This document shows, piece after piece, positions 18,127 to 26,895 of a stretch of DNA of 27,706 nucleotides (the first letter of the stretch is position 1; each line of letters begins with the position of its first letter). Below the pieces are notes generated by a model. The model had not been told where the DNA came from and made no database searches. It saw only the letters and a program-made list of their open reading frames with translations. Source of the stretch: a virus (lineage: Duplodnaviria; Heunggongvirae; Uroviricota; Caudoviricetes); IMG/VR virus record IMGVR_UViG_3300028888_000003; one strand, written 5' to 3'. The position numbers were made by a program, and so were the translations under genes.

Positions 18127-19092
18127 ATGGCATTTAATTTGTTAGAACTTGAGCCTTCTGTCATTGACAGAAGCTTGAGTGGTAAAACTCTTTTGCTCGC
18201 GGGTCCTCCTAAAATCGGTAAAAGCGAATTCTGCGCGCAGTCACCTGATACATTAATTCTCGACTTTGAGAATGGTTATAATGCACATCCAGGTGTATAT
18301 AAATATACAATTACTAAATGGACTGATGTTAAGCAGATTATTCGTGAATTAAATAAACCTGCGGTTCAAGAAAAATTTAAAAATATTGTTTTTGATACTC
18401 TTAATGAAGCTTGGGATCTTGCTACTGCGTATGTATGCAGCCAGCGCGGAGTTCAAAAAATTAATGAAATTCCTTATGGTCAAGGATATAAGGAAAGAGA
18501 CGAAGAATTTGCAAAAACGCTTCGTACAATTATCACTCTTGGTTATGGCTTAATTGTTACTTGTCATACGAAAGAAAGTGTAATTGGAACTAAAGATGAT
18601 GTGGATATAAAAGCAATTGCACCTGACCTTGACAAAAGATGTATTCCAATTATAAATGGTCTTGTCGATGTAATGGGTATGATTACAACGGATTGGGATG
18701 AAGATGGTAATAGTCATCGTTGGCTTATTACTAAATCAACTCCTACAATTTCTGCGGGTAGTCGTTGGAAAAATCTTCCTGCTAAGATACCTTTCGGCTA
18801 TTCGTATTTGGAAGATGCAATTGTTAAAGCAATTGACACTTCGGCCGCAGAAGGCGCGCAAGTTGTTGATAAGGTTGAAAAGAAAATTGAAAATGAAATG
18901 TCCTATGAAGAAATTCGCGCGGAAGCGTCAGCGTTGTGGACACAGTTAGTGGCTGCTGATGAGGAGAATGCCGCAAAAATTCTGAAAAAGGTTGAAATAA
19001 TTTTTGGTCATCCTATTAAATTGTCTGAAATTATGGAGGATCAAAAAGACTTATTCTTCTTAGTTTTACTTGAAATGCGTGATATGGTGTAA
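18127..19092 (+). CDS. AAA_24/Sak4-like ATPase (putative recombination protein)
   Basis: GPPKIGKS Walker A; LDFENG; IVFDTL Walker B; IPYGQGY; TCHTKE. Confidence 0.78.
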   Translation: MAFNLLELEPSVIDRSLSGKTLLLAGPPKIGKSEFCAQSPDTLILDFENGYNAHPGVYKYTITKWTDVKQIIRELNKPAVQEKFKNIVFDTLNEAWDLATAYVCSQRGVQKINEIPYGQGYKERDEEFAKTLRTIITLGYGLIVTCHTKESVIGTKDDVDIKAIAPDLDKRCIPIINGLVDVMGMITTDWDEDGNSHRWLITKSTPTISAGSRWKNLPAKIPFGYSYLEDAIVKAIDTSAAEGAQVVDKVEKKIENEMSYEEIRAEASALWTQLVAADEENAAKILKKVEIIFGHPIKLSEIMEDQKDLFFLVLLEMRDMV

Positions 19093-19107
19093 TGGGGTAT
19101 AAATATA

Positions 19108-19139
19108 GAGGAGCGTCATTAGAAATAGTGGCGCTCCTC
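19108..19139 (+). terminator. Rho-independent terminator-like hairpin
   Basis: GAGGAGCGTCATT/AGTGGCGCTCCTC stem; T-run shortly downstream. Confidence 0.7.
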
Positions 19140-19143
19140 AAAC

Positions 19144-19172
19144 TTGACTTTTTTTAAAATTTATGGTATAAT
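19144..19172 (+). promoter_or_regulatory. sigmaA-type promoter
   Basis: TTGACT-N17-TATAAT with TG extension. Confidence 0.8.
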
Positions 19173-19203
19173 TATTATAGAATAAATATGAAAGGAGAAT
19201 AAT

Positions 19204-19875
19204 ATGGCTAAAGTTGACGAAAAAAAGTGTCCAGGCTGCAGCGGTATTATTAACATCACAAAAGAAAAATTTGTTCATAGAAGTAAAAGATATTGGCATG
19301 AAGAATGTTTAAAGAAAAAACACCCAGAAGAACAATATGAAGTATCTGAGCCAATTGTACGAGAAAAAGGGTCAAAAGATACAATTAAAAAATGTTATTA
19401 TTGTGGACAGCAGTTCGATATTAGTAAAGAAGAATGGGCAAAACCGGTAGTAAATAGATATGCTCATCAGAAATGTTATGATGAGAATTATACAGAAGAT
19501 CAAGCAAATATTGATGCAATTTATGCGTATCTTACAAGTCTTTTAATTAAATATGACTATCAATTGTGCGAAAAACAGAGACTAAGTTATATAAAGAAAA
19601 ATGGATATACTAATGAAGGTATTTTGTTGGCTTTAAAATATTTCTATGAAGTTAAAAAGCAATCTCCTGATCGGTCTGGAAACCGCATCGGGATAGTGCC
19701 ATATGTATATGATGAAGCGCAAGCCTATTTTGAAGAATTATACAAAAGAAAAAAGCAAATCGCCAAAGATGCGAAAAAAATAATTGGAAAAGAAAAAAAG
19801 AAAATAATTATAGAAGAAGACGATAATAATATCGTTAATAAAGGTTATATTGATATAGATAAGTTGGGTGAATAA
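19204..19875 (+). CDS. Double Zn-finger protein upstream of the helicase
   Basis: CPGC...HEEC and CYYC...HQKC; overlaps the dnaB start. Confidence 0.7.
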   Translation: MAKVDEKKCPGCSGIINITKEKFVHRSKRYWHEECLKKKHPEEQYEVSEPIVREKGSKDTIKKCYYCGQQFDISKEEWAKPVVNRYAHQKCYDENYTEDQANIDAIYAYLTSLLIKYDYQLCEKQRLSYIKKNGYTNEGILLALKYFYEVKKQSPDRSGNRIGIVPYVYDEAQAYFEELYKRKKQIAKDAKKIIGKEKKKIIIEEDDNNIVNKGYIDIDKLGE

Positions 19876-21547
19876 AATGGTAGATAAAGATACAATTATG
19901 CAGGTTATTTGTGGATTAATGAAACATCCGCAATATTTAAGTGAAACCGATAAGTATCGTTTAACTCCTGATGATTTTAGTTCTTTATTTGAAAAATATA
20001 TCTTTTCTGCTATTTATAATTTATATAAAGATGGCGCGACTTCTATTACAGTATTTGATATTGATAATTATTTAACAACTCATAAAGAAGCAAAGGCTTG
20101 TTTTGAAAAGAATAATGGTATTGAATACTTACAAGATGTGCTTGATTTTTCACAGGCAGAAAACTTTCCATTTTATTATAAGAGATTAAAGAAGTTTAAT
20201 TTGTTGAAAGAACTTCAACAGGAAGGTTACGATACAAGCAAATTATATTGTGAAGACTATTCTAATCCCAAAGCAAAAGAAATTAATGATAAGTTTGAAG
20301 AACTTGAAATTGCTCAGATTTTAGATATTATTAGAAGAGGAATTTTAAAAATAGAAACAGAGTTCACAATTGGTGATGCTTCTGAAACTAATGCCGCAAC
20401 TAAAGATGTTTTTAAATTAGTTAAAGCTTTACAGAAAAAGCCAGAGATTGGTGCGCCGTTGCAAGGTGATATTTTTAATACAGTTAGTAGAGGAGCGCGC
20501 AGAACTAAATTTTATATTAGATCCGCTTCATCTGGTACTGGTAAAACGAGAGCGGCTTTAGGAGATGCTTGCGCGCTAGCGTATCCACTTCGTTTTAATC
20601 CTCAAAACTGGAGATGGGAGTGGACTGGTTCTAATGAAAGAACTTTATTTATTGCAACAGAGCAAGAGTTATCTGAAATACAAACATTAGTACTTGCATA
20701 TTTAACTGGCTTTAATGAAGAGAAGATTTTATATGGTAGATATAACGAAGAAGAATATAAAGTTGTTTTAAGTGCAATTAAGGTAATGGAGCTTTTTAAA
20801 AATAACTTTTATATTGTGCGCTTATCTAATCCGAATATTGAGCAAATTAAAGCAGTTATTAGACAGAATTGGATGCTTTATAATATTAAAAATGTTTTTT
20901 ATGATTATATATTTTCAAGTCCAAGTTTGTTAAATGAGTTCCGAGATTTACATATAAGAGAAGATGTAGCATTAGGTATGCTGTCTACTGCTTTAAAAGA
21001 TGTAGCCGTTGAAATGAATTTATTTATAATGAGTTCAACACAGACAAATGCGAAAGCAGAAGAAGATAATCGTTTAATGAAGAATGAAACAGTTATTAGA
21101 GGTTCTCGTGCGATTATTGATAAATGTGATTTAGCTTGTGTTATATCGAGAGTAACAAAAGAAGAACTCGAAGTCTTAGAAGGTATTACAAATGAAATTG
21201 GCGCGGTTCCAAATCAAGTAATGGATATTTATAAAGTAAGACGTGGTAGATATACTAATGTAAGAATTTGGAGTATTGTTGATTTAGGAACTTGTAGAAA
21301 AGAAGATTTATTTATGACTGATGATAGATTAAATTTAATTGATCTTGAAATTCTTGGAATTGATTTTGAAAGTAGAAAAGATGAAGATTTAATTTTGGAT
21401 ATAATGAATAAATTAAATGATAATAAAGAAGTTGAAGATTTAATTAAAGAAGTAGAGTCTGCAGAGAATATTGAAGAAGTTTTAACTTTGGAAGAAATTA
21501 CTGAAGAAGATAAAGAACAGAAAGGATTTTTCGGTGATTTATTATGA
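19868..21547 (+). CDS. dnaB: Replicative DnaB-like helicase
   Basis: SASSGTGKTR Walker A; FIATEQ; VFYDYI Walker B; SSTQTN; RGSRAIIDKCD; KVRRG. The start may be GTG 19868 or ATG 19877. Confidence 0.85.
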   Translation: MNKMVDKDTIMQVICGLMKHPQYLSETDKYRLTPDDFSSLFEKYIFSAIYNLYKDGATSITVFDIDNYLTTHKEAKACFEKNNGIEYLQDVLDFSQAENFPFYYKRLKKFNLLKELQQEGYDTSKLYCEDYSNPKAKEINDKFEELEIAQILDIIRRGILKIETEFTIGDASETNAATKDVFKLVKALQKKPEIGAPLQGDIFNTVSRGARRTKFYIRSASSGTGKTRAALGDACALAYPLRFNPQNWRWEWTGSNERTLFIATEQELSEIQTLVLAYLTGFNEEKILYGRYNEEEYKVVLSAIKVMELFKNNFYIVRLSNPNIEQIKAVIRQNWMLYNIKNVFYDYIFSSPSLLNEFRDLHIREDVALGMLSTALKDVAVEMNLFIMSSTQTNAKAEEDNRLMKNETVIRGSRAIIDKCDLACVISRVTKEELEVLEGITNEIGAVPNQVMDIYKVRRGRYTNVRIWSIVDLGTCRKEDLFMTDDRLNLIDLEILGIDFESRKDEDLILDIMNKLNDNKEVEDLIKEVESAENIEEVLTLEEITEEDKEQKGFFGDLL

Positions 21548-22602
21548 CATTACAAGAACGTTGCGATGAAATAATAGAAAATTTAGAAGAAGATAAAGTT
21601 AAAGAGCTTTTAAGGCAACTTAATATTCCTTTTCAAGACAAAGGTCAGTTTCTACTTTGTAAGACAATGTGTCATCACGATAATGAAGAAGATGCGTCAT
21701 GGAAACTATATTATTATAAAGACACACACTTATTTATGTGCTACACTTCTTGCGGCGGCCAAAATATCTTTATGTTTTTAAAGCATATTTATGAGACACG
21801 TGGGATTGAATATGATTGGTATGAAGATGTCTTTTTAGTAGCACAAAATTGTTCTATTGATAAGAGTTACGCTTTCGTGCGCGCGCCCGCCCCGGAAAAA
21901 AAGGCAGAGAAATTTAAAGAAAGACACTGTATAGAATTACCGGCCTACGATGAAAAAGTTTTAGATGTGTTTATTAAATATTATGCGCCAGAGTGGTTGA
22001 ATGATGGTATTAGCAAAGAAGCTATGGATAGGTTTAATATAAGATATTCAATCCCACAAAATAAAATCATTATACCGCACTATGATATTAATGGTAGATT
22101 AGTCGGAATTCGAGGTCGCGCCCTCAACGTAGAAGAAGTAGAAAAATATGGTAAGTATATGCCAGTTCAAGTTGAAGATATTATGTACAAGCATAAACTT
22201 TCACAAAACTTGTATGGTCTCTATCAAAATAAGCAAGCCATAATAGAAACGGGCATATGTTATCTTTTTGAGAGTGAAAAATCTTGTCTCCAGTTGGATT
22301 CCATGACCATCCCGAATAGCGCGGCCGCTGTGTGCGGATCTTCACTCAATATATTTCAATTAAAATTACTAATGAAAACTTGTCATCCAAAGGAAATTGT
22401 AATTTGTTTTGATAAGGAAGAAATCAAGGGAGAAGACAAATATCTAAAAAAACTAATTGGTATTTGTAATAAATATAAAAATTATTGTAACTTCTCATAT
22501 GTATATGATAGTGATAATCTACTTCAAATGAAGGATTCTCCTAGCGATCATGGCGAAGAAGTTTTTAAAAATCTATTAGAAAAAAGGAGAATTGTTAAAT
22601 GA
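21544..22602 (+). CDS. DNA primase (Zn-binding plus TOPRIM)
   Basis: CHH...CYTSCG Zn domain; IPHYD..GRLVGIRGR; FESEKS; CFDKE. Confidence 0.85.
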   Translation: MTLQERCDEIIENLEEDKVKELLRQLNIPFQDKGQFLLCKTMCHHDNEEDASWKLYYYKDTHLFMCYTSCGGQNIFMFLKHIYETRGIEYDWYEDVFLVAQNCSIDKSYAFVRAPAPEKKAEKFKERHCIELPAYDEKVLDVFIKYYAPEWLNDGISKEAMDRFNIRYSIPQNKIIIPHYDINGRLVGIRGRALNVEEVEKYGKYMPVQVEDIMYKHKLSQNLYGLYQNKQAIIETGICYLFESEKSCLQLDSMTIPNSAAAVCGSSLNIFQLKLLMKTCHPKEIVICFDKEEIKGEDKYLKKLIGICNKYKNYCNFSYVYDSDNLLQMKDSPSDHGEEVFKNLLEKRRIVK

Positions 22603-22814
22603 ATGAAGAAAAATATATGATAAATGAAAAAATGCTTGAAAGTTTCTATCTCCAAGTTTTCATAAATAGATATGAAAAAAGAAAAGAAGAATTACTTTCA
22701 AATTCTGAAGAAAGGGTTATGAATTTAATGCGAGAAGGTATGGATCTTGATAGTGCCGTGAGTATAGCCGCAGAAGAATTAGTAAATGAAGTGTGGGGGT
22801 ATGGATACCGATGA
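22599..22814 (+). CDS. Hypothetical protein (71 aa)
   Basis: ORF track; ATGA overlaps on both sides. Confidence 0.7.
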   Translation: MNEEKYMINEKMLESFYLQVFINRYEKRKEELLSNSEERVMNLMREGMDLDSAVSIAAEELVNEVWGYGYR

Positions 22815-24559
22815 AGCATAAATTAATAAATAGTAATATACGCAAGGATTATATATCAACCTTGTTAAAAGAAAGAGGTATCGAAGATATTGAAAGATTT
22901 TTACACCCTACTATTAGCGATGTTGAGGATCCTTTTCTTCTCGATAATATGGAAAAAGGCTTGGAATTATTTGTATCCATTATGGAAAAAGATGAAGGAA
23001 AGATTTGCCTCATTGTCGATTGCGATTGCGATGGTTACTGTTCTTCCGCGATTATGTATCAATTTGTTAAAGAAATTAATCCTAAAATAGAAATTGAATA
23101 CTTAATTCATGAGGGTAAAGCTCACGGTTTTGAAGAGCATATAGATTATCTTCTTGATAAAGAATATGATTTAATTATATGTCCAGATGCGGGAAGTAAT
23201 GATAAAAAATATACCGATCAATTAAAATGTCCTATTCTGATTCTTGATCATCATATTCTTGAAACCGAAATAGGAGATAATGTTGTTGTAATTAATAATC
23301 AAGCTTCACCTAATTATACAAATAAAGATTTATGTGGTGGTGGAGTCGTTTGGCAATTCGTGCGCGCTTATGATAAAAAATATGGAACTTATTATTCTAT
23401 CCATTATACCGATTTGGCAGCTTTAAGTATTATAGGCGATATGATGGGATTAAACGTAACTGAAAATCAAGCTATTATAAAACTTGGAATGACTGAAATA
23501 TACAATAAATTTTTCCGAGAACTTTTAATTAAACAGAAATATTCAATTACAGGAAATCAGTTTGCTCCTTTTGAAGAGATATTGGAAAAAGCCACTCCAG
23601 AAAAATTAGCTTGGTATATAGTTCCTTTAATTAATGGCATGGTTAGAGCAGGTGCTTATCAAGAAAAAGAAAGAATGTTTATTGCTTTTATAGATGGTGA
23701 TAGACTTATTCCTTGTCATAAGCGTGGTGCTAAAGGCACTATGGAAAAGGCTGCAGTCGAAAGCGCACGTGAATGTGGAAACGCAAAGAATCACCAAGAC
23801 AAAGAAAAAATAAAGATTATTGAACAGTTAGAAGTAAAGATATTTAACCATAATCTTCTTGATAATAAAATTTTATTTGTAAGATTAGATGACGATGATG
23901 TTTTTCCTTCTGAATTAAATGGTCTTGTAGCTATGGGACTTGCTTCAAAATATAAGCGTCCTGCAATAGTAGCTAGATTAAATAAAGAAGGCTATGTACG
24001 TGGTAGTGCGCGCGGCCTTAATGAAAGCGAATTAGATTCTTTTAAAGAATTTTTAAATAGCACCAATTTATTTGAATATACAGCAGGGCATGATAATGCT
24101 TTTGGTATTTCTATACCAAGTTCAAATTTAACAAAGTTACATGAATTTGCTAATGATAAATTAAAAGACTTAGATTTTTCAGTAGATTCTTATGATGTAA
24201 ACTTTGAAAGACATGCCTTTGATGCTGACCTTTGTGATTTAATAGTGGATATAGCTAAATATAATCACATTTATGGTCAAAAGAACCCAACTCCTTTAAT
24301 TTATGTTGATTCAATTAATTTAAAGCAAGGCGAATGGAGAGTAATGGGTACAAATAAAGATACAGTTGCCTGGGAAAAGAACGGCGTTAAATATATTCAA
24401 TGGCGTGCAAGCGCCTTAATAGAAGAGTTAAATAAATATCCCGAAGTTCAATTAGAAATAGTTGGCGAGGCCGATATGAATGAATGGCCAAAGGGAAATT
24501 TTACCCCACAAATAAGAGTAAAAAATTATGAAGTTAAAAACGGCACTTTAGCTTTTTAA
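22811..24559 (+). CDS. recJ: RecJ-like ssDNA exonuclease (DHH family)
   Basis: VDCDCDG, ILDHH, VPLING..R, RGSARG and AGHDNAFG motifs; start placed at the coupled ATG 22811. Confidence 0.9.
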   Translation: MKHKLINSNIRKDYISTLLKERGIEDIERFLHPTISDVEDPFLLDNMEKGLELFVSIMEKDEGKICLIVDCDCDGYCSSAIMYQFVKEINPKIEIEYLIHEGKAHGFEEHIDYLLDKEYDLIICPDAGSNDKKYTDQLKCPILILDHHILETEIGDNVVVINNQASPNYTNKDLCGGGVVWQFVRAYDKKYGTYYSIHYTDLAALSIIGDMMGLNVTENQAIIKLGMTEIYNKFFRELLIKQKYSITGNQFAPFEEILEKATPEKLAWYIVPLINGMVRAGAYQEKERMFIAFIDGDRLIPCHKRGAKGTMEKAAVESARECGNAKNHQDKEKIKIIEQLEVKIFNHNLLDNKILFVRLDDDDVFPSELNGLVAMGLASKYKRPAIVARLNKEGYVRGSARGLNESELDSFKEFLNSTNLFEYTAGHDNAFGISIPSSNLTKLHEFANDKLKDLDFSVDSYDVNFERHAFDADLCDLIVDIAKYNHIYGQKNPTPLIYVDSINLKQGEWRVMGTNKDTVAWEKNGVKYIQWRASALIEELNKYPEVQLEIVGEADMNEWPKGNFTPQIRVKNYEVKNGTLAF

Positions 24560-24581
24560 GGGGTACAATTTGAGGTGATTT

Positions 24582-25298
24582 ATGAAATAGCAAAAAGTTA
24601 CCATTATAGGTTTCTCTTTAGTAATAATTATGCTTTTAACAGTAGGATTAAGCACACTAAAGGAAACTGAAATGGTAACTACAGAAACAGAAGTTATAGC
24701 TTCTACTTTTCCTACTACGGTATCTACTTCTAATAAAGTGGTTAGTGATACAGATAGTGTAAAAAATGTTGCTACTGCTACTATTGCTACTACTACTACC
24801 ACTACTACTACAAAAGTAGATACTACAAAAAGTATAACAACTATAACGGAAACGGTGATGCCTAAAGTAATTACAACGACAAAGGAAACCACGAAAAAAG
24901 CCACAACCGAAACTTATAGTCAAAAACAAAAACTAACTGCTTTATAGAATGAAATCTATGGATATGTGTTGTCCGTATGTAAGCAATATCCAAACGTTAA
25001 CCCAGCAATGGTTATGGCAATTATAGAGCATGAGTCCAATTTTAATAGATATGCCGTTAATTATAATGGCACTTGTTTTGGATTGATGCAGATTTATGTA
25101 TATTACCATCAAAGCAGAATGAATAGATTAGGCGTCACCGATATTTATGATGCTTATGGTAATATACTAGTAGGTGTAGACTTACTAGACGAGTTATATC
25201 GTTCTTCTGGAAATTGGAGCAATGCTTTATACCAGTATTCCGGTGGAATGAGTTCGTACTATTCTTGGGTAATGAATAGAATGGCGTATTACGAATAA
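24582..25298 (+). CDS. Signal/anchor, Thr-rich linker and SLT lytic transglycosylase (238 aa); TAG read as Gln
   Basis: RBS GAGGTGA; TAG at 24588 and 24945 fuse the two track ORFs; AIIEHESNFN (catalytic Glu), GLMQI, ALYQYSGG. Confidence 0.85.
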
Positions 25299-25339
25299 CA
25301 TGTATCAGGCAACTGTATCTTAATTAAAGGAGAATTAAT

Positions 25340-26056
25340 ATGAATGTTTTAATAGCTTGCGAAGAATCGCAACGAGTTTGTGAAGCTTTTAGAAATAAAG
25401 GACACAATGCTTTTTCTTGTGATATAATTGATTGCGGCGGAGGCCATCCAGAATGGCATATTAAGCAAGATGTTCTTACAATTTTGTCACCAAAAATATA
25501 TACTGTTATGCAAGATGGAAAAGAGATAGTAACTAATATAACTCCAATGATTATGTTTAAAACAGTAAGTGGAGATATATATAATATTCCGAAATGGGAT
25601 TTGATAATCGCACATCCGCCTTGTACATATTTAACTGTAACTGGAAATCGTTGGTTTAATGAGGAGAAATATGGCGATAAGGCGCGCGAGCGTAAAAAAT
25701 TGAGAGAAGAAGCAGTAGAGTTTTTTATGGCACTCGCTAATGCCGATTGTGATAAAATTGCAATTGAAAATCCAGTTGGAGTTATGAGTACACGCTGGCG
25801 CAAGCTGAACCAAATTGTACAGCCCTATTGGTTTGGAGACCCTTTTGAAAAAAGAACTTGTTTATGGTTAAAAGGGCTGCCTGAGTTAAAGCCAACTGAT
25901 ATGGTTAGTCCAGAAAAAAGAATTGAATTTAAAAGCGGTAAATCAATGCCTGCTTGGTACGCGGCCGCGGCAAATTTGCCTAAAGAAGAAAGAAGCAAAA
26001 TTAGAAGTCGAACTTTTCCAGGTTTTGCGAATGCAATGGCTGAACAATGGGGGTAA
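25340..26056 (+). CDS. Short C5-cytosine methyltransferase-like protein
   Basis: HPPC (motif IV), IENPV (motif VI), KRTCLW; motif I is non-canonical (ACEESQ). Confidence 0.7.
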   Translation: MNVLIACEESQRVCEAFRNKGHNAFSCDIIDCGGGHPEWHIKQDVLTILSPKIYTVMQDGKEIVTNITPMIMFKTVSGDIYNIPKWDLIIAHPPCTYLTVTGNRWFNEEKYGDKARERKKLREEAVEFFMALANADCDKIAIENPVGVMSTRWRKLNQIVQPYWFGDPFEKRTCLWLKGLPELKPTDMVSPEKRIEFKSGKSMPAWYAAAANLPKEERSKIRSRTFPGFANAMAEQWG

Positions 26057-26060
26057 TAAT

Positions 26061-26819
26061 ATGGTTTATATGGGTAGTAAAAATAAATATAGTTCAGAAA
26101 TAGTACCAATTCTTTAGGATATTATAAATAAATATAATATATAGGTTTATGTAGAACCTTTTGTTGGTGGTGCTAATATAATAGATAAAATTCATTGTGA
26201 TAAAAAATTTGGCTTTGATAAAAATAAAAGTCTAATTGAATTACATACTAAAGCGCAAGAAAACTTTGATGAAATTCCAGAAACTTCTAATGCTGAATGG
26301 TGGTATGAAGCAAAAGACTTATATAGAAAATTTCAAGGTTCAGCAGAAATTGAAAAATATATGCCATTATGGAAAGTTGGAGCTATTTAGTTTTTAGGTA
26401 GCTTCTCTAACGGAGGATTTTCAAGGGGCTATGCTAAGCCATCAAAAGGTCGCGATCCATATAATGAAGCTTATCGTAATCTTAAACAACAAAGCGAGCA
26501 AGAAGAATATAAAAATATTATATTTGACTCTGGCGATTATAAAATTTGGCCTGTTATAAAAAACTCTCTTATTTATTGCGATCCACCTTATGAGGGTACA
26601 AAACCTTACGGTTATGCTTTTGAAACTAAGTTTAATCATAAAGAATATTGGGATTGGGTACGTGAAGCATCAAAAATAGCATTTGTAGTCGTAAGTGAGC
26701 AAAATTTACCCGAAGATTTTGAAATAATTTGGCAAAAAGAAGTAAAAAGAACTACTAATAAAGATAATAATTTTAAAGCAACTGAAAAATTAGGATTTTA
26801 TAAAAATGGGCTATTATAA
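26061..26819 (+). CDS. Dam/D12-class N6-adenine methyltransferase (252 aa); TAG read as Gln
   Basis: YMGSK, EPFVGG, YCDPPY and VSE motifs; TAG at 26115, 26142 and 26388; TAA at 26817. Confidence 0.9.
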
Positions 26820-26831
26820 ATATAATTAAAA

Positions 26832-26860
26832 TTGATTTTTTATTAAAATTATGCTATAAT
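26832..26860 (+). promoter_or_regulatory. sigmaA-type promoter
   Basis: TTGATT-N17-TATAAT with TG extension, then ATATATAGAAT. Confidence 0.75.
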
Positions 26861-26895
26861 ATATATAGAATAAAAAGAAATGGAGGAAAGTAAAA

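Noticed and set aside
24548-24929. Antisense and alternate-frame ORFs over the Thr-rich linker
   Set aside because: Shadows of the low-complexity ACT repeat; no RBS.
4474-26639. Other short antisense or out-of-frame track ORFs (e.g. 4474, 5532, 6831, 7712, 9605, 10590, 16084, 25324, 26442)
   Set aside because: They overlap genes with clear motifs and lack initiation signals.
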